Made by a program: the position numbers and the translations under genes. Positions 1-9,823 of a DNA stretch of 15,193 nt are shown piece by piece. Numbering within the stretch: the stretch's first letter is position 1; each line of letters opens with the position of its first letter. The notes below the pieces were generated by a model. It was not told the DNA's origin. It ran no database searches and worked only from the letters and a program-made list of their open reading frames with translations. Origin of the DNA: Octopus sinensis (lineage: Eukaryota); the NCBI RefSeq assembly GCF_006345805.1, contig NW_021825549.1:1-15193 (forward strand), in the 5' to 3' direction.

Positions 1-3
1 CAA

Positions 4-1690
4 TCACAATTTTTTGAGGCGTTCAGTAATTCTTTGATATCGTGTACTTGAATTTGATAGATCTCCTTGAAGAATTTTAGTCATTTTACGTTGAACAAAC
101 CCTTCCTCTTCCTTCAGAGTTTTGATTAATTTCCAAATATTCAAATGTGCTCCACCTGCCGAATGAAACCTCTCAGAATGAAACATCTCAGCAGCATTAT
201 TTGCTCTGGGATGGTCTTGAAGAATATGCTGATTAACATTCCATACAGCTATTGGGAATGTAGGTGGTTCTCTCCTTCGTCTGGCATCACATCCTCTCAC
301 GAGACCTATGTAAGTTAAGTCAAAGTAAGCAATGAGTTAAGCAGGTATTTCTTCATCGTCTATTAATTCTTCATAGACCTCTTCGACATCTTCAACCAGC
401 AGGAAGGCTAATGCTAAAAAACATCGAATTTTAAGACAGAATTCAGAGTCTTTGTTGTATTTTTCTTTGAGGCCTAAACCTGTAATTTTTCGATTGGCTC
501 AAATGAAACAAATATGCCTCGATAGATGAATTAACGAATGATGAATTAAATGCATAACGAACTGCAACTTCAAAATCTGTCATGAAACGAAGCAGATATG
601 CATTAGGTTGCATAATTTTCAATTGCTCGAAAAATAATTTGTATGTCTGCTTTGGCAGTAATGCAAAAACCTATGGAAAACTACTCCCTTTAACTTGTAC
701 TTGAATACTAAACAGTCGAAACCACTGTTCTGACACAATTTTGAACGTTCCATCACAAGACCAATGACAATATTATGCCATATCCTGAAGAGCACTTTCT
801 GATGCAAATACTAGTATGTGCCATCGATACCTGAATCATATCGCAGGAGCTGTTCGTCATTATCAAATTTACAATATTCTTCAGGTATTTCAAAACCACT
901 TCTAACCCTTGGATTAGAGGGAAATCTAGAATGTTTTTGTTGGCACCTTTGAATGGTCCTTCAAAGTACATGCAAATGAGGTAGTTGAGAGCAAGTATTT
1001 TCTTATTTCTTTATTACCCACAAGGGGCTAAACATAGAGGGGACAAACAAGGACAGACAAAGGGATTAAGTCGATTACATCGACCCCAGTGCGTAACTGG
1101 TACTTAATTTATCGACCCCGAAAGGATGAAAGGCAAAGTCGAATTTGAACTCAGAACGTAACGGCAGACGAAATACGGCTTCGCATTTCGCCCGGCATGC
1201 TAACGTTTCTGCCAGCTCGCAGTATTTTCTGCTGGCTGCGTAAACTTAGCCATTATTATGCTACGCGAACTTGCTGCTATGTTTTTAACAGCATCATGCT
1301 TTATTTCTGCAACTGCTTTTCTAGCATTTAATGAATCTATATCAGCTGGATGAAGATGTTGACTAGAAAAATAAATCATTTTCGACTCATTCTTTTCCGT
1401 TACCGTGTGAATTTACAGTGAACACAGCTTTCTTTTCTCACATCTTCAGCATTCTTTTCCTAGTTTTGAATTTCTTGAATGAAAATCGTAATTACTTTCT
1501 GCAGTATTATGGCTTTCTTATAATATACCCACATTAAGTAGGATATAAAGTTTTCTCTTTCTTCCACTTCTTTCCTAAAGACAAGACGTGCTTTTACCTG
1601 TCTCTTCTCAAAGCTCATTTTTCCATCTTTCATCACTTCATCAACTACTTTTCTTTTGTTTTTGGTCGATGCTATGGACTTTTGTCATTT
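4..1690 (-). pseudogene. Decayed Mutator-superfamily (MULE, Phantom-like) transposase with N-terminal FLYWCH-type zinc finger, interrupted by a SINE at 1004-1220
   Basis: Minus-strand hand translation: *RCEKRKLC...QHLH (1448-1350; W codon now TGA), then EIPEEY...LLRYDSG, HILVFASE, HWSCDGTFK (first D, DGTFK 754-740), FP*VFALLP, FMTDFE (TDFE 580-569), YLFHLSQ, LALAFLLVEDVEE, YFDLTYIG, PPTFPIAVWNV...RANNAAE (E at 189-187), HLNIWKLIKTLKEE. This is the ordered MULE DDE motif set. Several stops and frameshifts. The 5' limit near 1690 is approximate. Confidence 0.85.
1004..1220 (-). mobile_element. tRNA-derived SINE, family A, near-full-length monomer (A1)
   Basis: Homologous to the copies at 2010, 4825, 11282 and 13152. 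A-box-like GCGAGCTGG and B-box GAGTTCAAATTC. Perfect 10-bp TSD AGTATTTTCT at 994-1003 and 1221-1230. Removing the SINE and one TSD copy restores the MULE frame (…FTQPAENTCSQLP…). 10-nt internal deletion at 1140/1141. Confidence 0.92.
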
Positions 1691-1904
1691 CGGGATGGGT
1701 AAATTAATAATGTGTACACTAAATTCGCAGCACTCTCTGTACACAGCACCATACTTAAAAGAGAGAAGGAAAATGAAAGCGTAAAACTGTTTACAAAGAA
1801 GGAAAAAGAATGATAATAACAATCCTATAACGAGGCTGGTTATAATTCTCTGAATATATCATTAGAGATATTTCACCTTGTTTTCGAAAGAGCTTATTAA
1901 AAAA

Positions 1905-2009
1905 TTGGACAAAAATTCGTTGGATAAAAAGAATCATTGGACAAAAAGACGTCGGCCAAATGACGTGGACAAAAAGATATTTGACGAAGTGACGTCGGAC
2001 GAAAAGACA
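1905..2009. repeat. Degenerate ~15-bp tandem array (7 units)
   Basis: Units: TTGGACAAAAATTCG, TTGGATAAAAAGAATCA, TTGGACAAAAAGACG, TCGGCCAAATGACG, TGGACAAAAAGATAT, TTGACGAAGTGACG, TCGGACGAAAAGACA. Confidence 0.75.
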
Positions 2010-2143
2010 TACTTATTCAATCGACCCCGAAAGGATGAAAGGCAAAGTCGACCTCGGCGGAATTTGAACTCAGAACGTAACGGCAGACGAAATACCGCTA
2101 AGCATTTCGCCCGGCATGCTAACGTTTCTGCCAGCTCGTCGCC
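2010..2143 (-). mobile_element. Family A SINE, 3'-truncated (A2)
   Basis: Intact head (GGCGACGAGCTGGCAG), B-box and central segment. Homology stops at about 2010 and the tail is missing. No TSD seen. Confidence 0.88.
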
Positions 2144-2430
2144 ATTAGCCATACTCTTCTGTACGGGCTTAAGGCATGTTGGAAAAGGATATTAAATTTG
2201 GAGTTTTCTTTTTTCAAGTTTGATTGCTTCACAGCTAAGGAAATCAATTGAATGTCACAAGAATCTATTTAATCAATAATTGAAACGAAATTCTGACATG
2301 TACTACTGCTCGGGTCAGAATGGACCTGGGAGTAATGGCAATTGAAGGAAGACTCCACATTACCCCCAACTCCAGAAGTTCCAAACTTGACCCTCAACAC
2401 CGAATGCAGTTTAATGTCATACTCAGGACA

Positions 2431-2527
2431 ATGTATGTATGTATGTATGTATGTATGTATGTATGTATGTATGTATGTATGTATGTATGTATGTATGTAT
2501 GTATGTAGGTATGTATGTATGTATGTA
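2431..2527. repeat. (ATGT)n tetranucleotide microsatellite
   Basis: About 24 units with one AGGT interruption near 2507. Confidence 0.97.
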
Positions 2528-3023
2528 ACCCAGTACAACCTGTTGCATGGTCGGGTCGTTGGCGACTAAACCGGCAACCCCACCAAGCTTGCTTGGTGAG
2601 GAGGATGTTTATTGGACACCCTGCTGGATGAAAAACAAAGCCCATCAAAGGGCGGAGGAACCAATAAATGTCTTAAGGCTGTATCATGCGCGGGGACATA
2701 GAAATAATCGGATTGAATACCCGATCGCGCGGTTAAACCATTGGGAGTGAAGGACTCCTAGCCTTTGTTAGGGCATCCTTCTAGGAGAAGGTAACTCAGG
2801 TAACTGGGATAACTCCGACATAAAACCTGCGGCTCAGAGGTTACCGATGATGTTGACTTGTTCTTCTTTTCGGATTATGGCTGCTGTTGCTTACTGAGTG
2901 GGATTGACTCTGTGCACAGCCTTTGCCCACTTAAAAAAAATCTTCTTGCACAGGCATTGCACGATAACAACATTGATTAAGCTTCGTGAAATAGCCATAC
3001 TCGATAACGAGGGGGCAGCCACC
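2528..3023 (+). mobile_element. Probable 5'-UTR segment of an RTE-clade LINE
   Basis: GC-richer non-coding block. GGGCATCCTTCTAGGAGAAGGTAACTC…AAAACCT (about 2771-2828) resembles RTE/BovB-type 5'-UTRs as I remember them. It lies directly upstream of a clear RTE 3' end. Not verified by alignment. Confidence 0.4.
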
Positions 3024-3090
3024 ATGTATGTATGTATGTATGTATGTATGTATGTATGTATGTATGTATGTATGTATGTATGTATGTATG
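3024..3090. repeat. (ATGT)n microsatellite
   Basis: About 17 perfect units followed by TGTGT. Confidence 0.97.
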
Positions 3091-3095
3091 TGTGT

Positions 3096-3360
3096 AAGCA
3101 AGTTAAGGAGGGGACCGACACTTTTGAGAGAGCACGTATCCAGCATGAAGAACTTAAGCGAGCTGCGCGAAAGCGCACGGCTCGTATAGTGAATGGCGAA
3201 AGCTTGGTCTGCAATGTTTGCAGTCGTGTATGCTTGTCAAGAGCAGGGCTCATTAGCCACCAACGGAGCCGCAAATGCAAAATACAAGTTAATCCAAGAG
3301 CGCACAATGTTCCTGAAGGTCGGCAATGGTCTTCCTCGGTCACGAGTGGACGGCCATCAT
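3096..3360 (+). mobile_element. 3' end of an RTE-clade LINE (ORF C-terminus and 3' tail)
   Basis: KQVKEGTDTFERARIQHEELKRAARK…LVCNVCSRVCLSRAGLISHQR (C..H at 3210-3260) matches the RTE C-terminal pattern FE..R…KR..RK…CxxCxRxCxSRxGLxSH. Followed by GGTCTTCCTCGGTCACGAGTGGACGGCCATCAT, an RTE-like 3' terminus. Confidence 0.8.
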
Positions 3361-3364
3361 ATAT

Positions 3365-3411
3365 AGGCGTAGGAGTGGCTGTGTGGTAAGTAGCTTACTT
3401 AACAACCACAT
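3365..3411 (+). mobile_element. 5' fragment of a tRNA-derived SINE head (A-box only)
   Basis: A-box-like TGGCTGTGTGG at 3376-3386, identical to the A-box at 8130-8120 (-). No B-box follows. Confidence 0.5.
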
Positions 3412-3546
3412 GATGGCGTGAAGAGGGGAGGCCGGTATGCATGGGCGACTGCTGGTCTTCTATAAACAACCTTGCTCGGACTTGTGCCTGGAAGGGTAAC
3501 TTTCTAGGTGCAATCCCACGGTCTGTGTCGTGACCGAAAGGGTCTC
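3412..3546 (+). mobile_element. Probable SINE body/tail fragment derived from an RTE 5' region (Ceph-type)
   Basis: GGCGTG…GCATGGGCGACTGCTGGTCTTC…CAACCTTGC…GTGCAATCCC matches my recollection of RTE 5'-UTR-derived bodies in cephalopod SINEs. Unverified. Confidence 0.4.
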
Positions 3547-4824
3547 AATTTTTCATGTTGTAAATATAACTTTAGGTCTTCTGTAAATTATATGTCTCTG
3601 TCTAGTATAAATAATATGAGTTCTTTGTTGTCCTCTCCCAACCATAAGAATAATACCAAATGCCTCTTCTGATAATAAACCTAATAGTGTAACTGTAGGG
3701 ATCAAAATAACCAGTGTTTTAGATGTAATTTAATATATAAATGCTCTGTTAAAACACCCGATTAAGTTCATTATTACAAAGTACCACGCCATCTAATTTC
3801 AAGTTTAGAGTGTACATTCATATGCATTTCTTTAGTAATAAAATAAAACTTTTTGCACTTCACTTCCCATATTCATCTGGGCTCTTAAAGAGAGGAATAT
3901 TGATTTCTCAATTTCATGGTTAATTATACGTACAGCACTTCCATACAAAGCGGTCGGGGTGGTGTAACTTATATTCTATGGAAGTATTTGAAGTTTTCAA
4001 GTGTAAAGTCAGATCAAATTAACAAGCATAACGAATTATTGATCCTTTGTTTTCACTAATTCAATAAAACATTCTTGAAAATTCCATGGCGTTCGTACCA
4101 TTTCTGGTGCCCCAGTTTTATCATAGGTGATTCAATATAAGATGTTCAGCATTTCTTAATACTTCCTGCATAAATTATTTCCCATGTAGCTAATCATTTA
4201 TTCCTTAACTAATGTATTTATTTGATTTCAACTGTAAGTGATCAAATGATATCCAGCCATAATTCTTGTGACACTCTTATAGATTTATTCTATACCTTTA
4301 TTGTAATTCCTTCTACTTATCTTTTCAAGTCTTTATCCTGATTTTTCTCTTTATACTTCTCTTCCTCATATTAATTACACTTCTAAGAATTTAGTAGTAA
4401 GCTATCATCTCTTTGAACATTTCTATTATATCCCTTAATCAACTTATCTCTCCACTAGTATATAAGCGTATATGATTAATCTTTCATTTCTCATATTCTG
4501 TCATTTAGTCATCTTCGTGGCATACAATCGATTCCTAAATCTAGCCAGTGGAACTAAGACGATACTTTGTCTTCGTAGCTCCTGGGCAATTTCTTTGTCA
4601 GAGTGATGACTTGCTTTTTAATTTTTTACTATGATGATCCAAGTGACCCCTTCTCATTTGTTTAACCAAATTTGGCTATGTACGTTTCTGAGATGTTAGT
4701 GAAAAATGTTCATTTACTGTCGGTGGCTTTTACAAAATTTTATTTATATAACCTTCCACTTTGCTTGATGTAACAATTCTACCAATTACCGAAATGATCG
4801 AAATTGATTCATAAATGTAATGCC

Positions 4825-5018
4825 TATTTTTTACTACCCACAAGGGTAGTAAGACACAGAGGGGACAAACAAGGAAAGACAAACGGATTAAGTCGATTAT
4901 ATCGACCCCGAAAGGATGAAAGGCAAAGTCGACCTCAGCGGAATTTGAACTCAGAACGTAACGGCAGACGAAATACGGCTACGCATTTCGCCCGGCGTGC
5001 TAACGTTTCTGCCAGCTC
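4825..5018 (-). mobile_element. Family A SINE monomer (A3)
   Basis: Homologous to A1. 8-bp TSD GTAATGCC at 4817-4824 and 5019-5026. 32-nt internal deletion between the two ATCGACCCC direct repeats. Confidence 0.92.
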
Positions 5019-5050
5019 GTAATGCCGTGATCTCCGTTCTTTGTTTCTCC

Positions 5051-5269
5051 ATATACATACCTACATACTTACGTACATACATACATACATACATACATAC
5101 ATACATACATACATACATACATACATGCATACATGCATACATACATACATACATACATACATACATGCATACATACATACATACATACCTACATACTTAC
5201 GTACATACATACATCATACATACATACATACATACATACATACATACATACATACATACATACATACAT
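5051..5269. repeat. (TACA)n microsatellite with variant units
   Basis: About 220 bp of TACA with CCTA, CTTA, CGTA and TGCA variants. Confidence 0.97.
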
Positions 5270-7134
5270 GTCAAAGATCCAGTGAGCATAGTCAAAGCCA
5301 ATGCTGACCTGGCTTCATCGTGGGCCACCATCTTGAAATTATGCACAAGGAGTGACTGTATTGTTACATAGAATGCAATATCGCAGGGGCATATTCCAAG
5401 GAGACAGCCTCTCTGTGATATTGTTTATACTTTCTGTAAACCCTTGTCATTCATGTTGAGGAAGCTTGAAGGATTTCTCTCTGATTCACAGGGAAACAGA
5501 AGGACAAAAATTAAACACTGTTCCTTTGTGGATGTCTTGAAAATTTATGGAAAGAATATGCACGGGAGGAAAAAGAACCTTGACCTGGTTACAACATTCT
5601 CAAAAGATATAGGGTTGGAGTTTGGTCAGGATAAATGTTGTTATATGGTTGTGAAAAGGAGGAAAACTATAAACCAGAAATCTATCTACATCAATTATTT
5701 AACTCTTTCCTCTATAGATCTGACGAGGAATGTTACAGGTATCTAGGGGTGAATAAAAATATATATCTTACAATGGCACTTGTAAGAAAACATGTGTCAC
5801 TAAAGAATATTACAGCAGAATAAAGAAAAATGGACCTCAGAACTCGCAGCATTCAATAAAACAGTGGCCCACAATGTGTTGGTAGTGCCAGTATTCACAC
5901 CAACAGCTGGGCTACTTGACTGGACGTTTAATGAGATCCGAACAATTGATGTGAAAACCCGAAAAATACACATAATTTCCACATAAACAGTGACGTAGAC
6001 CACCTCTACCTAAAACGAAAACAAGACGGCAGAGGCTTAACATCGATCTAAAATGCCTTTCAATGTCGTATCATATCTCTTCGGCTACATCTTTTTACTC
6101 CCAAGTGTCGAAGCGAAGTGCATCCCTTAACCAAGTTTGCATACATGAGGCTGATAACATCATAAGACTTGGAAGGTAGCTCCTTGAGCAACACTCTTTG
6201 TCTGATAACCTTAAATGCATGCCCAGCGAAGTCGCACAACTCTACCGCAACATATAAGATGAAAGGATAAGCATATATGAGCAGAAGACTATGCATGGAT
6301 GTGTTAGTAGAAAGCTCCGTAATGATAATAACAGCGATCCTCAAAGCAGTTTATCATGGACGAACAAAAAGATTACTATTTCTCACTTTGAAGGGTATGC
6401 GTTTGCAATCCAGGTACATCAACCAAATACCTGATGCTCAAAAGAGACATAGATGCAGGAAAAGTAGTAAAAAATGTGACAACCGATGCAGATTTGTGGA
6501 GTTAACACCGAAGGTATCACGCACATCATAAGCAGTTGTCCGAAAATGTCATCACGGTATTATCTACCGATGAGACACCGAATATCGAGATCTGTTGAAA
6601 GGATACTCTCAAGGACAAAGAAATAAGAACTCTCAGTATGATAGAAGCCATGGCCATTCATAATAAAAACGAGTACTGGTAGAATATCCCAGTGAAAACC
6701 TCAATAAAATGTAAGCATAATAGATTTGATATAATGATTTGGGACAGAGAAGAGCAACTGTGTACAGTTGTGGTAATCAGCTGCCCAGCGGATGTTAGCA
6801 TAAAGCTGAAAGTCAATGAAAAAGAGAACACCTACGCTGAACTTTTGAGAAATCTGCAGTTACTCTATCCAGATTACAAGTTCAGGTTTATACCTGCAAT
6901 TATTGGAGCCCTGGGATATGTAACACAGTGCCTAAATACCAGTCTTGAGAAATAGGCTTCTCAAAACCAGAAAGGAGAAAGCTAACTCAAAGACTACAGA
7001 TCCAATCCATCATTGGAACTGTAAAAATCTGTAGAAACTATCTAGAAGTTTATCAATTGAATATATATGAGCATGTGTAGATATGCAGCTATATGTATGA
7101 GAATACATATATAAAGCAAAACATACTACTCTGC
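5270..7134 (+). mobile_element. 5'-truncated, decayed RLE-type non-LTR retrotransposon (R4/Dong-like)
   Basis: RT: YRRGIFQGDSLS (QGD 5397-5405), FVDV replacing FVDD (5525-5536), IGLEFGQDKC. Then SELAAFNKTVAHN…VPV…LLDW…DVKTRK, HLYLKRKQDGRGL. CCHC CRF[C]GVNTEGITHIISSC (6487-6539, 1-nt deletion). Endonuclease KHNRFDIMIWD…VVISCPAD…EKENTY…PAIIGALG (RFD for RPD at 6722-6730). C-terminal IGTVKIC, stop at 7078-7080, short 3' UTR. Many frameshifts and stops. The clade is assigned from motif style only. Confidence 0.85.
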
Positions 7135-7466
7135 ACATAAACATACATACATACATACATACATACATACATACATACATACATACATACATACATACAT
7201 ACTTACATACATGCATACATACATGCATACATACATACATACATACATGCATGCATGCATGCATGCATGCATGTATGCATGCATACATACATACATACAT
7301 ACATACATACATACATACACACATACATAATACATACATACATACTTACATACATACATACATACATACATGCATAGATACATACATACATACATACATA
7401 CATACATACATACATACATACATACATACATACATACATACATACATACATACATACATACATGCA

Positions 7467-7498
<32 letters not shown>

Positions 7499-7632
7499 CA
7501 TACATACATACATACATACATACATACATACATACACATCATACATACATACATACATACTTACATACATACATACATACATACATGCATAGATACATAC
7601 ATACATACATACATACATACATACATACATAC

Positions 7633-7663
<31 letters not shown>

Positions 7664-7664
7664 C

Positions 7665-7695
<31 letters not shown>

Positions 7696-7891
7696 CATAC
7701 ATACATACATGCATACATACATACATACATACATACATACATACATACATACATACATACATGCATGCATACATACATACATACATACATACATGCATAC
7801 ATACATACATACATACATACATACATACATACATACATACATACATACATACATACATGCATACATACATACATACATACATACATACATA
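7135..7891. repeat. Long (ACAT)n microsatellite
   Basis: About 750 bp of ACAT with GCAT, CTTA and AGAT variants. Confidence 0.98.
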
Positions 7892-8073
7892 ACTTGTTGA
7901 TGTTGAAATTCCAATCATAGAGCCTTGGATCTAGGTTAGGAACCGGTTCTTTCTCTATCGGCGAGGAATCTTGAAATCAAACTGAGCAATGACATACGTA
8001 CATGCACTTACATACACACTTGCATTTACACACGTACAAACATTCACGCACACCCACACGCACACCAGGCATA

Positions 8074-8134
8074 GGATCGAAGTTGGAATCATCCATTTTC
8101 AAAAGAGCAAACGTCTTAACCACACAGCCACCCG
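8074..8134 (-). mobile_element. Degenerate tRNA-like SINE head
   Basis: Minus strand: A-box TGGCTGTGTGG (8130-8120) and B-box remnant TTCGATCC (8081-8074) at tRNA-like spacing. No cloverleaf or acceptor stem is recoverable. Confidence 0.45.
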
Positions 8135-8159
8135 TATGACCTATGCTCCATTTGGAACG

Positions 8160-9125
8160 CACGGGCACTCACACACACATACATACACATACACACATGC
8201 ATACACACATGAATGCATGTAGGTATATATGTATGTGCGTGTGTGCATACATATATGCACACATGTACATATATGCAAATACACACACATATATATACAC
8301 AAGCATATACAGATACACGCACACACGCATACACACGCATGCACACACATACACACACATGCACGCAAAACACTTGCATACATGTGCGTATATTTATATG
8401 TGTGTGTCTGCATACATATATGCACACATCTACATATACGCAAATAAATACACACACATATACACAGGCACACACATAGACACATCATGCACATTCACAA
8501 ATACGCACACACATACACGCACATGTACACACATCCACAAATACACACATACACACACGCTCACACGCATCATACATGTACATATATATGTATGTGTGTG
8601 TAAGCATACATATATACACACTTCTACATTTACGCAAATCGACACACACACATTTATACACAGGCACAGACACACCACACATTCACATTCACAAACACAT
8701 ACATATGCACACATGCACACATTCACACACATCATGCCTTCATGTATGTATATATATATATGTGTGTGTGTGTGTGCGTACATGTATACGCAAATAGATA
8801 CACGCACATATATACACAGGCACACACACACATGTATACACACACACCTACATATATGTATATATGTGTGTGTGTGCGTACATGTATGCACGCATCTACA
8901 TATACGCAAATAGATACACACACACACATATACACAGGCACACACACACACATGCACACACACACACATGCCTACATATATGTATATATGTGTGTGTGTG
9001 TGTGTGTGCGTACATGTATGCACACATCTACATCTACGCAAATAGATACACGCACATATATACACACGCACACACACACACGGATACATACACACACACA
9101 CGTACACACACACACACGGATGTAT
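8160..9125. repeat. Complex minisatellite of (CA)n, (TA)n and (TG)n blocks around a conserved core
   Basis: Core GCACACATCTACATATACGCAAATAGATACAC…TATACACAGGCAC recurs 6 times, with GCAAAT anchors at 8275, 8440, 8634, 8790, 8906 and 9038. Confidence 0.85.
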
Positions 9126-9306
9126 TACTTTTTATGTGGTGTTTCATTTATTTGTGAATATGCAAAACTTTAAGAAAAAGTTTTAATTATTTTTCCTGTA
9201 AAAATCTGAAGCGCAAACTGTAGCGATAACACTTCAACATGTCTATCAGACGTTTTATACATAATTCTGTGATAGCTTCTTTTTTTTGGGGGTTGTAAGA
9301 AAATAC

Positions 9307-9307
<1 letters not shown>

Positions 9308-9342
<35 letters not shown>
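9308..9342. repeat. (AAC)n trinucleotide microsatellite
   Basis: 11 perfect units, with a degenerate extension to about 9407. Confidence 0.95.
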
Positions 9343-9343
<1 letters not shown>

Positions 9344-9619
9344 TATATCAGTGACAACCACAAGAACGGCTGCAATAACAACCACGACAACAACGGTTAC
9401 AACAACATTTTTTTCCCTGGTTTGATTAATTAAGGCGAGTAAAATAATGATTGATATGAAATAAATAAATGGATAGATAACAAGAAAAAAAAAGAAGGAA
9501 AAAATGGATGGAAAAAAAAAAGAGAAGAATAAGGTTAAACACATCTCATCTAACTTTTATACACCAATGACCTCTCCTGTGCAATGGGTTGGTTTTATGA
9601 AGACATTAAAGGCGTTTGT

Positions 9620-9781
9620 GTATACACACACATACACACACAGACTCACACATATATATATATGTATACATACATACATGCGTATATGTGTGTTTGTGTG
9701 TGTGTATGTATATATATATGTAAGTATGTATGTATGTATATACATGTAAATATATATGAATATACACATACGTATACATAC

Positions 9782-9823
<42 letters not shown>

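Noticed and set aside
161-190. 15-bp tandem duplication GAATGAAAC(C/A)TCTCA just downstream of the MULE catalytic Glu
   Set aside because: Real but minor; most simply a local duplication in a dead copy.
1878-2195. ORFs sharing the peptide RPRKDERQSRPRRNLNSER (also 4804-5022 and 13114-13299)
   Set aside because: The shared peptide is the antisense translation of SINE family A, not a protein family.
2290-2430. Segment resembling a dispersed cephalopod repeat (GGTCAGAATGGACCTGGGAGTAATGGCAAT…)
   Set aside because: Recognition is from memory only. There is no second copy, TSD or promoter box in this window to support it.
3328-3546. TCGGTCACGA shared in inverted orientation between the RTE tail (about 3336) and about 3529-3538
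   Set aside because: A single 10-bp match about 190 bp apart with no extension; compatible with chance.
9170-9544. 124-aa hydrophobic, poly-Val ORF resembling a membrane protein
   Set aside because: It arises from the antisense (AAC)n repeat and A-rich tracts.
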